DNA of 64,000 bases from Azolla caroliniana. Lineage: Eukaryota > Plantae > Polypodiophyta. The stretch spans positions 10,726,001 through 10,790,000 of the forward strand of contig JBHGNT010000009.1 of assembly GCA_043228905.1 (NCBI GenBank), in the 5' to 3' direction. Below, in pieces: positions 44,895 through 56,055 of this stretch. The notes beneath the pieces are model-generated. The model made no database searches, was not told where the DNA came from, and saw only the letters and a list, made by a program, of their open reading frames with translations. How positions within the stretch are numbered: the first letter of the stretch is position 1; the number at the start of each line of letters is the position of its first letter. The position numbers and the translations under genes were made by a program.

Positions 44895-47800
44895 CTAAAC
44901 AGTATTTCGCTCCACTACGTCTGGGCCCCTTGACCGAGTAACTGGTCTTGTTCCCGATCGTGGCCCCTTCTTCAGCCTTTTTCTGGTTGGTTCCTCATTT
45001 AGCCTTGCTTCTAGGACCCAATGCGCAAGTGTGTCCTCCTCCGACAACCTTCCCATCGCCTCAGCAGCTAATTGCACATCAGCCGTTTCTTGAACTAGCT
45101 TTTCAAGTACAGAGGGATCTGTTTGGACATTTTCAGTAGTTGGGCTCGGTGGGGTGGAATCAAGGTCTTGAGACTCGAAGAAATGTTGCATCAAGTGTTC
45201 ATAAACACTGTTGTTGTGAACCTCAGTTTTACATGTTGTTTCCACTATTTCATGGCATTTCACATCGTTGCCTAATTCAGTACACTGTTCCAAAAGAATA
45301 GGGTGCAGCTGATCTGAAGGAGATGTGATAGCAGGACTCTTACTTTCAGCCACATTGGCAATAGTATCCTCATCTGTTGCAGCATCATCAGCACCAGACA
45401 CATCATGTGCCGTCCTTAATCCACAAGATTCTACAATAACATGACAGTTATTTAGGATAGCTAATTAGCTACTTTACTAAACTATGGTAGAAGCTAGGAT
45501 AGCTAATTAGCTAGTACGATAGCTAATTAGCTAGTATGATAGCTAATTAGGTACTTTACTCAACTATGGTAGTAGTTAGGATAGCTAATTAGCTACTTTA
45601 CACAACTATAGTAGTAGCTAGGATAGCTAATTAGCTACTATGGTAGCTAATTAGCTACTTTACTCAACTATGGTAGTAGCTAGGATAGCTAATTAGCTAC
45701 TTTACTAACTATGGTAGTAGCTAGGATAGCTAATTAGCTACTTTACTAACTATGGTGGTAGCTAGGATAGCTAATTAGCTACAATGAAAGCTAATTAGCT
45801 ACTTTCTGAACTATGTAGTAGCTAGGATAGCTTATTAGCTACTAGGACAGCTAATTAGCTGCCAGTAGCTAATTAGCTACTAGGATAGCTAATTAGCTGC
45901 CAGTAGCTAATAATCTACTAGGATAGCTTATTAGCTACTTTACACAACTATGTCAGTAGCTAATTAGCTACTATGATAGCTAATTAGCTAGTAGGATAGC
46001 TAATTAGTTGCCAGTAGCTAATTAGCTACTAGGATAGCTAATTCGCTAGTAGGATAGCTAATTAGTTGCCAGTAGCTAATTAGCTAGTAGGATAGCTAAT
46101 TAGTTGCCAGTAGCTAATTAGCTAGTAGGATAGCTAATTAGCTTTTTTACACAACTATGGTACTAGCTAATTAGCTAGTACCATAGCTAACTAGCTACTA
46201 GGATAGCTTATTAGCTACTTTACACAACTATGGCAGTAGCTAATTAGTTACTAGGATAGCTAATTAGTTGCCAGTGGCTAATTAGCTAGTAGGATAGCTA
46301 TTTAGCTTTTTTACACAACTATGGTACTAGCTAATTAGCTAGTACCATAGCTAATTAGCTACTAGGATAGCTAATTAGCTAGTAGCTCATTAGCTGCCAG
46401 TAGCTAATTAGCTAGTAGGATAGCTAATTAGAAAAGACTAAGCTTATTAGCTACAGTATGGTATACCTATTTGTTTTCTCCACTCATTTGGTAGAGTTGT
46501 ACTGCAATCTCCCAAACAGAATGCAGCAATTCGACAGGCGTGTTGAAAACAAAGCAGATGGTATGTGTGGTTGCATGGTTGTAGGTGAACCAACAAAGAC
46601 GCAGTTTTGTCCTCCACACCTAACCCGCAAGCGATGCAACGTGCTTGAACTGTCAATAAATCATTTTCTGGTTCTACTTCATTTGGTAAGGGAGCAAGAA
46701 TGTTCAGGTCCAAATCCTGTCTGGTCCTTACCATTCCCTCCACAAAATGTAGCTTCTTCTTAAGGCAGCTAACTACCTGTTCTTGATGAATGTATTGTTC
46801 CTTCAACGCAACAGAGAAATTTACCGATTAATTATTCTTGTTGTTGAAAGATACACCAACTTTGCTCAGGAATCGTTAACTTACTTGAAGCTTATCCAAA
46901 TTGTAATCTGCAACAGTATTTACACCTAGAAGGTCCAGGTTCATTGAAAGAACCTGGATCTCTATTTGCAGTTCTATTTTACGATGGGGATCCAGTGGCC
47001 CCTCTAATTCAAGCTCCTGTTGCGCAACCTATTCCAGATAATGCTTGATTAGCACATTTTACCCGTTATTTATAACACAATCACATACCAGCAAAACAAT
47101 AGTTACCTGAATCTTATTTCTAATTGTTGTAACAGCAGAAGTAACTTTGCTCTCCATTGCAGAAGCCATTGTGGCTTTCTCTAAATCAGTCTTAAAAAAT
47201 GCCAATGTCTCACAGGCTTCATGGACATTTTTTAGCATATAGCTAACCAATGTCTCACCTGTATCATCGACATTGGCTTTCGTTGGGTGTCGGTGTGGTG
47301 TATGCCCCCGGTCTTGCTGGGAGTCGGCAGTTGCATCAACAGCTGCCATGCTCCAAAATCTGTCTATTTTTTGTGCCAAGGTCCCCATCTTTCGGCATCT
47401 TTTTACCGATGTCTCACCATAGACTGCCCAAGCTACCCTATACATTTCAGGGTCTCTAGATTCCTTCGCTGTTTTGCAGTACTCATATGCAAATGCTCTA
47501 GCAAATGAAACTGACAACTCATTGTTGACTGGGATCTCCTGATGAACTTTCTGGTGCAGTCTCATGCAGTCATCGTACAAGTCGGCTCGTACATGCTTCA
47601 GCTTGACCTTGCCTTTGACTCTAGGCACTGTATATACTGTCATCCAGTCTATATCACTGATCAATTTATCACTTAGGACAGCAGGGTCAACACCCTCGAG
47701 TGACAGACCATAGGTGTTGTGGAAGTCCTCCTTTGTCTCGCAAAATTTTGCGAAGTTTAGCACTCTCGTATACGGAGGAATGAGCCATCTGAAATATCAT

Positions 47801-48373
47801 TTCAGAAATCAGAAATAGTGCAAAATCAGAATATGTGAGAATCAAAAACCCCAATCAACAACAACAAAAATGGTGCAAAATCTTTAACTTAGCAAATCAG
47901 AAACCCTAATCATAATTTGTATTCAGAAATTTGAAATCAGAAACCCTAATCAAAATCTGTAATCAGAAGTTTGAAATCAAAAACCCTAATCAAAATCTGT
48001 AATCAGAAGTTTGTAACCAGAAACCTTATTCAGAAATTCTAATCAGAAATTTATAATCAAAAACCCTAATCAGAAATTTCAATCAGAAACCCTAATAAAA
48101 AATTTCAATCACAAACCCTAATCAGAAATCCTAAGCAGAAATTTATAAACAAAAACCCTATTCAGAAATTCTAATTTGTAATCAAAATTTGTAACCAAAA
48201 ACCCTATTCAGAAATTCTAATCAGAAATTTATAATCAAAAACCCTAATCAGAAATTTCAATCACAAACCCTAATCAGAAATTTCAATCACAAACCCTAAT
48301 CACTAAAGACAGGATTAAACACAAAAAAAGTAATATAAACACACCTGTTGCTACTCCCCGATTTGCGAGACAT
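44895..48373 (-). CDS. Transposon accessory gene, 574 aa, with a RING-H2-like finger (exons 48373-48345, 47788-47107, 47028-46885, 46800-46467, 45430-44895)
   Basis: Four GT-AG introns with matching phases (2, 0, 0, 1) give one open frame, MSRKSGSSNRWLIPPY...RNTV*. RING-like CIAC...CNHTYHLLC...CLGDC; basic C-terminus RKRLKK. Confidence 0.75.
45455..46452. repeat. Second TAGCTAATTAGCTA array, filling intron 4 of the accessory gene
   Basis: Dozens of copies with different linkers, e.g. CTAGGA, GCCAG and CTTTACACAACTATGG. Confidence 0.95.
47800..48302. repeat. A-rich tandem repeat with many AAACCCTA (telo-box-like) motifs in intron 1 of the accessory gene
   Basis: Recurrent AATCAGAAACCCTAATCAGAAATTT units. 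Confidence 0.85.
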
Positions 48374-48947
48374 CCTTGTATGGGACTCCAAGGACTTCGC
48401 CCTATTCGATTTTGGGGAAATATGAATCGGCACCAAAGTTCAGACAGTAGTCAAAAAGAAAAAACAAATGTTTGGGGTTTCTGTAACTGAAACATACCTG
48501 GACGATGATCGAGCGGGTTCTGTGTTGTAGCTCTCAATCTGCAATGTCAATTTTTTGCTGTTGCGGGAGCTACGTCTGTGTTCGTGCTCTGAGTACTCCA
48601 TCTGCGTTAAAAATCAGACTTAGGCTAAACAGGAAATTGATGACATTGAAGTCGACCTTAGATGATGGTGATATTCCCCAAGTTCCACTACGTCTGAAAC
48701 AGAAGTTCAAATATTTGAGTTTTTTCATAAATTAGTTTTTCAAATATTTGATTTTCCCACAAAAAAGACTAGCTAAACAAATAGCTAATTAGCTATGGCC
48801 ATTTTAGTAGCTAATTAGCTATAATAGTGTTTCCACTCGCATGCTTTTACCCATCTCTATCATCCTCACTTTTGAACTTTACAAAAAAATGAGTATGAAC
48901 TATAGAGATTAAATCAAAATATGTCATTATAAATTATAATCAAACAT

Positions 48948-49510
48948 TCAAAAACTCATAAAACATATATTCGAGAATATGAAGAAAACATGACATAGGC
49001 AGTAGTAGCATAACAACTTTACCACTGGGTGACCTAATTTTTAATAACAAAGAAAGAAAAAAAGAAACGATCAAAAACTCATAAAACAGATATTCGAGAA
49101 TATGAAGAAAACATGACATAGGCAGTAGTAGCATAACAACTTACCACTAGGGTGACCTAATTTCTAATAACAAAGAAAGAAAGAAAGAAAGAAAGAAAAA
49201 GGATATGAGAAAGTTGGGAATTGAACCCAAGACACAAGTAATAGTAACACAACTTATCACTAGGTTGTGCTTAGTTCTAATAATAAAAAAATAAAAGAAA
49301 AAATGTATTATAAGATAACATAAAATTTATCACTAGGTTGTGCTTAGTTCTAATAATAAAAAAATAAAAGAAAAAAAGTATTATAACATAACATAAAATT
49401 TTGCTATGACATGGTACTAATGAGAGAGAGAAAGAGATGAGAAAACTAGGAATCAAACTCAAGACATAGACAACAATAGCATGACTCCTTACCACTAGGG
49501 TGAGCTAAAT
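48948..49510. repeat. Short tandem duplications (about 120-bp and 72-bp units) with degenerate tRNA-like boxes on the minus strand
   Basis: Near-identical blocks start at about 48948/49071 and 49255/49327. CCTAGTGGTAAG- and GGTTCAATTCC-like motifs lie on the minus strand. Confidence 0.6.
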
Positions 49511-50931
49511 TGTAATAACAATAAGTGAAAAAAAAGAATAAAAAAGGAGCACGTATTTTTCCCATTTCAAACGTGTTCGTTTCCAAACGTTTGAATGCTT
49601 GCACATTATGTTCTATGGACACATTAATGGGAAATGAGGGTTTATGTGTGTGTGGTCTCTATTTAATATTGCCTCAACATATGGTGTATAAATAAGGAAA
49701 CCACATGTGTAAAAAAACCCTAAACCCTCTAACCCTACACCTGAAACTTATAGGCACACTCATCCCTCGTTGCATAAACTAGAGAGATACCCCTTAGCAT
49801 GTCTATTGTAAAGCCTAAACCCTAAGCTAGGGAGAGTTGGCATGGTCAACTACCATGGTGGTGACACCCTACAAGGCCATTGTCATGGTTGTGTAGGCTA
49901 GGGCATTCTATAATGGCGCTCATGTTGGTCCGTTGCACTATAGTAGAGGCAATGCGTTGGGACCCGTTGTAGTGTTGTGTTGCAACCACCTGCCATCCTA
50001 ATGGGTTGTTACAATAGGCACACACCTTGACGTACCCCGTGATTGTGTGCCTACAACACTTGATGGCATCAGACCTCAACGCCATGAAACCTAAGACCCC
50101 GTGATAAACCCGCAAAAACACATCCACACACACCAAACATATAGGTGACCACACACCACCACAAGGAATGCAAATTTGAGGCCATGTAATGCACATAATT
50201 GCAACACATAATCAAAGAGAGAGAAGGGAAGAGAGAAAAAGAAAAGAAAATAAGAAAGTGATGAAATCACCTTATATTAACACATGGAATGTGGAAAAGT
50301 GGATGATGTTTCCCCATGTAATCTCTCATTTGGGGTTAGACAAGGGCATTTGGGGATATATAATAAAACTTAAGAGCACTCGCAAAGTTAAAAGAAAAAA
50401 TCAAGGAGATTTCTATTATAGGCATAACCTTACGAAGCAATTCTATGGCGAATTGTAATGGGTTAAGACTCAAGAGTAGGATAGTTAGAAATCCGTTCAT
50501 CATCTTAGGAATTGAGACAAACCTATACGGACCAATGACACGTGGGAACATGTCGTGGTTTGGGAGCCTTATATGTTGACCTATATAAGGTGGACTGGCT
50601 ACTCCATTCATTATGGCATCTTGAGATGCTATCAACTCTCCATTGGTTAGCTAAGCTCTCTTATTCATAGATCCAACATCCAAGGTATTATAACATTAAG
50701 TGTAAAATTCAGTAGTATGGAACACTAATGGTGGTTAATGTTTTGTCTCATGTCCTTCCTTGGCTCTGCTCAAGGTGGTCAGTGTGGTTTAGTACCCTTA
50801 ATCTATTATTATGCTTCTTAGTATCTTATTCTTTTGCTCGCCATTAGTATAATCAGTAATAATTTCAAAGTTTTTATCCTTTTAATAATGAGCATTGTGT
50901 TATTTAGTGATGTTGTAGTGGTTGTCATTGC

Positions 50932-53900
50932 TGGAAGCGTGGAAATAACAATATATAACCAGAATTAAAGCTAATATATAGAGTAAGAAGATGTATGAAC
51001 CATCTTGAAGATTACACAAATACACAAAATGATCTTATTTGCTTCTTTTGTACTTTTCTCCCTTCATGAACTTATCAAATCGTTTGTACCATTGTCTCGG
51101 AGATTGTTTTAGTCCGTACAACAATTTGCTAAGTTTACAAACCCAATCTTCTTTACTAGCAACCTTGTATCCTTCTGGCTGAGTCATATAGATTTCCTCC
51201 TTCAAATCACAGTTTAAGAACGCGGTCTTCACATCAAGTTGAGCTAGCTCCAAATTCAACTGTACTACTAAGGCCAACAAAATTCTAATGGAGGAATGTT
51301 TTACAACCAGAGAAAATACCTCATTATAATCGATTCCCTCCTTTTGAGCATAGCCTTTAGCCACCAACCTTGCCTTGTAGCGAATGTCTTCTTTACTCGG
51401 AAATCCTTCTTTCTTTGCAAATAACCATTTGCACCCAATTGCCTTTCTCCCTTTCAATAGTTATGACAGCTTCCACGTCTTGTTTCTCTGAAGAGATTGC
51501 ATCTCTTCTTCCATTACAGTAGCCCAGTTGCCACTTTCTGTGCTCCGAATGGCCTCAAGGTGGGTGGATGGAACATTATCATCACAAATTGGAAGTGCAT
51601 AAGCTACCATGTCAGTGAAACGAGCAGGCTTCTGAATTACTCATCTCTATCTCCTTATTGCAATTGGTTCTGATTGCTCTAGAGGTTCTTGGGTCGGAAC
51701 CTCTTCCTCATCTGACTCTTCTTCTACCATAGGAGAGTCACCGGTGGTGCTTCGCCTTGGAGTCACCATTGTTTGCTCAAACTCCACCTGCTTTGGAGTA
51801 CCCTCCACTTGTATTGGAGTATTAACCGGTTCTTCCAAATTTACCTTGTTCAACATGGCAGATTCATCAAAGGTAACATCTCTACTAATAATCGTTTTCT
51901 TTGCCTCAAGACACCACAAACGGTATCCCTTCACTCCAGCATTGAAAAGAACCTTCTTTGCTCGTGGGTCCAACTTTGATTCAATCACATGATAATATGC
52001 AATAGAACCAAAAATATGCAAAGTATCATAATCAATTGCAGGTTTTCCAGACCATACCTCTAATGGAGGTTTGCCACCTATAGCAAATGATGGCAAACGA
52101 TTGACGAGATGTTGAGCGTACGCCACAGCCTCAACCCAAAAGTTTTTGCCTAATCCAGCGTTAGAAAACATACAACGAACTTTCTCCACAAGTGTCTTGT
52201 TCATATGCTCCGACACCCCATTTTGTTGTGGTGTTCTTCTAACGGTGAAATGTCGATTTATGCCACAATCTTCACATACTTCCATAAATGGATCACTCTT
52301 GTATTCTCCACCATTTTCTGTTCAGAGAACCTTGATCTTTCTCATGGTTTGGGTTTCAACTTGAGCTTTCCACTTAAGGAAAACTTCAACCACATCACTC
52401 TTGTTCTTCATTGTATACACCCAAACTCTCCTGGAAAAATCATCAACAAAAGTTGCAAAATAATGTCTACCTCCTATGGATGGAGTTTTGGTAGGTCCCC
52501 ACACATCTGAGTGCACATAATCCAAAATACCCTTGGTATTATGAATTACAGTGCCAAACTTCACTCTTTGTTGTTTTCCTAGAACAAAATGCTCACAAAA
52601 ATCAAGTATGCATGTCTTCATGCCTTTCAACAATCCTTGTTTTGCAAGAATTTGCAAAGACTTTTCACCAGCATGTCCCAACCACATATGCCACAACTTC
52701 ATTGCTTCAGTGTCTTTCTTGGTACTTGAAGTTGTTGATGCCACTGTCCCCACCATTGTATTACCTTGGTAATAGTACAGATTGTTCTTTCGTATGCCTT
52801 TCAACATCACCAATACTCCTAAAGTTGCCTTAAGAACTCCATCTCGTATCATCACAACAAGGCCCTTAGATTCAAGAGACCCCAAGGAGATGAAATTCTT
52901 CTTCAACTTTGGCACGTATCGCACATCCCTCAAAATTCTTGTGGTTCCATCATGATTGCGTAGCTTGATTGAACCTATCCCGATTGTTTTACATGGATGA
53001 TCATTACCCATGTAAATAACTCCACCATCAACTTCCTAAAATTCAAAAAACCACTCTCAAATAGGACACATATGATAGGTACAACCTGAATCCAAAATCC
53101 ACTCATCTAGATGTGTTGACACCGAAGGCATAACCACTAAGGAAATATCGGATTGTGCAACATTTGCATCTTGTGGATGTTTTCCTTTCCTCTTCAACTT
53201 CGGACAATCTTTCTTCAAGTGCCCTTTCTCATGACAGAAAGCACACTCATCTTTCGCAATGCCTCAGCCTTTGGATTTGGACCTTCCTCTTCTCCCCTTT
53301 GTGTGTCTTTTTTGACAACCTCTTGCCTCCAATGCTTCTTCTGATGTCGTTGCTTTGGTTATCATCTTATCCTGCTTTCTCAATTCATGTCTATATAAAG
53401 TAGAACAAACAACATCTAACGACACATACTCTTTCCCGTGAAGTAATGTAGTTTCTAAATGTTCAAATTCATCGGGAAGAGATGATAACAACATCAAAGC
53501 CAGATCCTCATCTTCAAATTTAACATCTAAATTCAACAGGTCTGCCACTAATTGATTAAACATGGTGATGTGATCATTCATAGTAGTACCTGGTTTATAG
53601 TCAAACCAAAATAACCTCTTTTTCATAAGGAGCTTATTCTGACCACTTTTTTTCAGAAATTTGCCCTCCAATGCCTTCCACAATTTGTGTGCAGAAGTCT
53701 CATTCTTCAAAGCATACTTCTGCTCTCTGGACAGGTACGATCGAATTGTTCCGCATGCCAACTGATTAATGATGATCCAATCTTTATTGTCTACCTCATC
53801 TAGCTTATCTTCTTCAACGGCAATATCAAGACCTTGTTGAAAAAGAGAATCTAAAACCTCTCCTTGCCACATGCCGAAATGGCCAGTACCATCAAAGATT

Positions 53901-54430
53901 TCTACCGCCAATTTTGAACTAGACACCGGGAACCTTGACCATGGTGACGACGAGCCCGATGTTCTCGGTAGAATCTTTGACACGGTATTCTTTCCCTTTT
54001 CATCTCTTGATGCCATTATAAACTTAATAAATAGTATTCAATATATTCTATACTATAGCTATCAACAACCCTAGGTTTCAAAATGACCAAAGTATTCTTT
54101 TCTTATGTGGAAGTTCAGACAAAGCTGTGATCACAGAGCATACTCAAACAGAACCTTCGCTCTAATACCAATTGTTGTGGAAGCGTGGAAATAACAATAT
54201 ATAACCAGAATTAAAGCTAATCTATAGAGTAAGAAGAAAAGATAAAACAACACCAGAATTACTGAGGTTCGGCAAATTAAGCCTACGTCTTCCAAAGTAG
54301 CAGCTCTATTAAGATTGGGAAAGAAGATACAAAGTTGAGGATTACAAACTAAGAGGAAGAGGAGCATATTTATAGCTCCCAAACCACCTCCCTCAACTAT
54401 GTGGGATAAAGAATGGGCCAAAGACTAACA
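50932..54430 (-). mobile_element. Decayed Copia element K (5' LTR about 54173-54430, Met PBS, gag-protease-integrase-partial RT)
   Basis: PBS TGGTATTAGAGC at 54159-54170. Motifs FDGTGHFGMW, WILDSGC, LWHMWLGH, QQNGVSE and [12 protein letters not shown] is truncated and joined to an LTR fragment at about 50990. Confidence 0.9.
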
Positions 54431-55452
54431 AACGCAACTGGAGTACTTACAAGTTTTGTAACATCATACATACCAAAACGTTGTAGTATCCTCTTCAAAT
54501 ACTGCTTCTGAGAGAGCCAAACTTTGCCACTCTCTCTGTCTCTATTTATCTCCACGCTTCCAGGCAAGGGTCATTGGCAAGCTGTGAAATGGATTCTACG
54601 GTATCTTCAAAATACCGTGGATGTTGGATTGACATTTGAGCAAGACAAATCACTTGGTAAATGCATAGTTGGATATTGTGATTCTGATTTTGCAAGTGAT
54701 TTGGATAAGCGACGATCTACAACTGGGTATTTGTTCATTTTGACAAAGGCGCCAATTAGTTGGAAGTCTACTTTACAATCAACGGTGGCTCTATCTACAA
54801 CAGAGGCAGAGTATATGGCAATCACAGAGGCTATGAAGGAGGCAATTTGGCTTCATGGGTTACTTAAGGACTTGGGAGTAGGTTAAAAACAACTTGATGT
54901 GTATTCTGACAATCAAAGTGCTATTCATTTAACAAAGAATCAAGTCTTTCACTCACGGACAAAGCACATTGATGTTCGCTATCACTTTGTGCGGGAAATT
55001 CTAGAAGAGGAGATACTTCTCCAAAAGATTGATACTAAGGAGAATCCTACTGACATGCTGACCAAGGTGGTTACAAGGGCCAAGTTTGAACATTGTTTAG
55101 ACTTGGTTAATATCCAACATGTTTAAAGTTGGCGCCTCACGACGCAAATTTGAAAGCAGTCTATTTTATTTTTCTTGAGAAGATTTGTATTTGGAAGGAT
55201 TAAAGATTGTGCCAAGGTGGAGATTTGTTAGTCTTTGACCCATTCTTTATCCCACATAGTTGAGGGAGGTGGTTTGGGAGCTATAAATACACTCCTCTTC
55301 CTCTTAGTTTGTAATCCTCAACTTTGTATCTCTTTCCCAATCTTAATAGAGTTGCTAGTTTGGAGGACGTAGGCTTAATTGGCCGAACCTCGGTAATTTT
55401 GGTATTGTTTTATCGTTTCTTCTTACTCTATATATTAGCTTTAATTTTGGTG
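54431..55452 (+). mobile_element. K-family RT end, RNase H, PPT and truncated 3' LTR (55227-55452) in the opposite orientation
   Basis: Plus strand encodes [24 protein letters not shown] and RTKHIDVRYHF. Its LTR is the reverse complement of about 54205-54430. Bases 54431-54557 are a minus-strand RT piece (WLSQKQYL). Confidence 0.85.
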
Positions 55453-56055
55453 AATGCATTTTTGTATGAAAAAAAAGGCCAATTCAGAACTATTGGAGCA
55501 AAGGTCTGCAATGGAGAACAATCTTTTATCTATCTATGGCTAGAGAAGTGGAGGTGTTGAGGGTAGATTTGACCAACATGGAAAAGTGATTTTGTGATAG
55601 GTAGCTCCTAGGATATGACTGGAGATTATCCAATCTATATACATGTTGTTCATCTTAAAATAAAGATGCTTTTTGTTTTTTTTATCTCCCTGTTTACATG
55701 TGTATGACTAGCCTCATCAATCTTTAATCTTTTGAGATGTGTAGCATTGAATTTTATACCTCTCATCATTCAGGGTACGCTCCTCCAAGGACTCACAGAT
55801 TTTACTTTTATGCATAGCCGGTTCATATGATGGTGGTTACTTCACTACTAGATGGACACAAAAAGCATTTGCTAGGCTCTACCTTTTCATATGCATAAGC
55901 CTCCCTTTTATGGAGCTTGGACGAAAAAGGAAAGGGGGAAACAAAAAGGTAATTGGGGGCCATGATTCAAGAAGAAGAGGAGATTTAGGATCTGCAGTGG
56001 CACACCTTTAATCTTGGGAGATAAGCATCATCCATGGCAAAAAAGGTGCTTCAAT

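Larger units (their letters stand above)
38235..48852 (+). mobile_element. Complete 10.6-kb TIR DNA transposon, Sola2-like, with an accessory gene
   Basis: TIRs 38235-38259 (GGGTGGAAGCATACGAGTGGAAACA) and 48828-48852 match at 22/25. 4-bp TSD ATCT at 38231-38234 and 48853-48856. Internal DDD transposase. GGG/CCC ends and the 4-bp TSD fit Sola2 as recalled. Confidence 0.9.

Noticed and set aside
36580-49620. A larger outer TIR element enclosing the Sola-like transposon
   Set aside because: Only short A-rich similarities (AAATGGGAAAAA versus TTTTTCCCATTT) were seen, with no convincing TIR or TSD.
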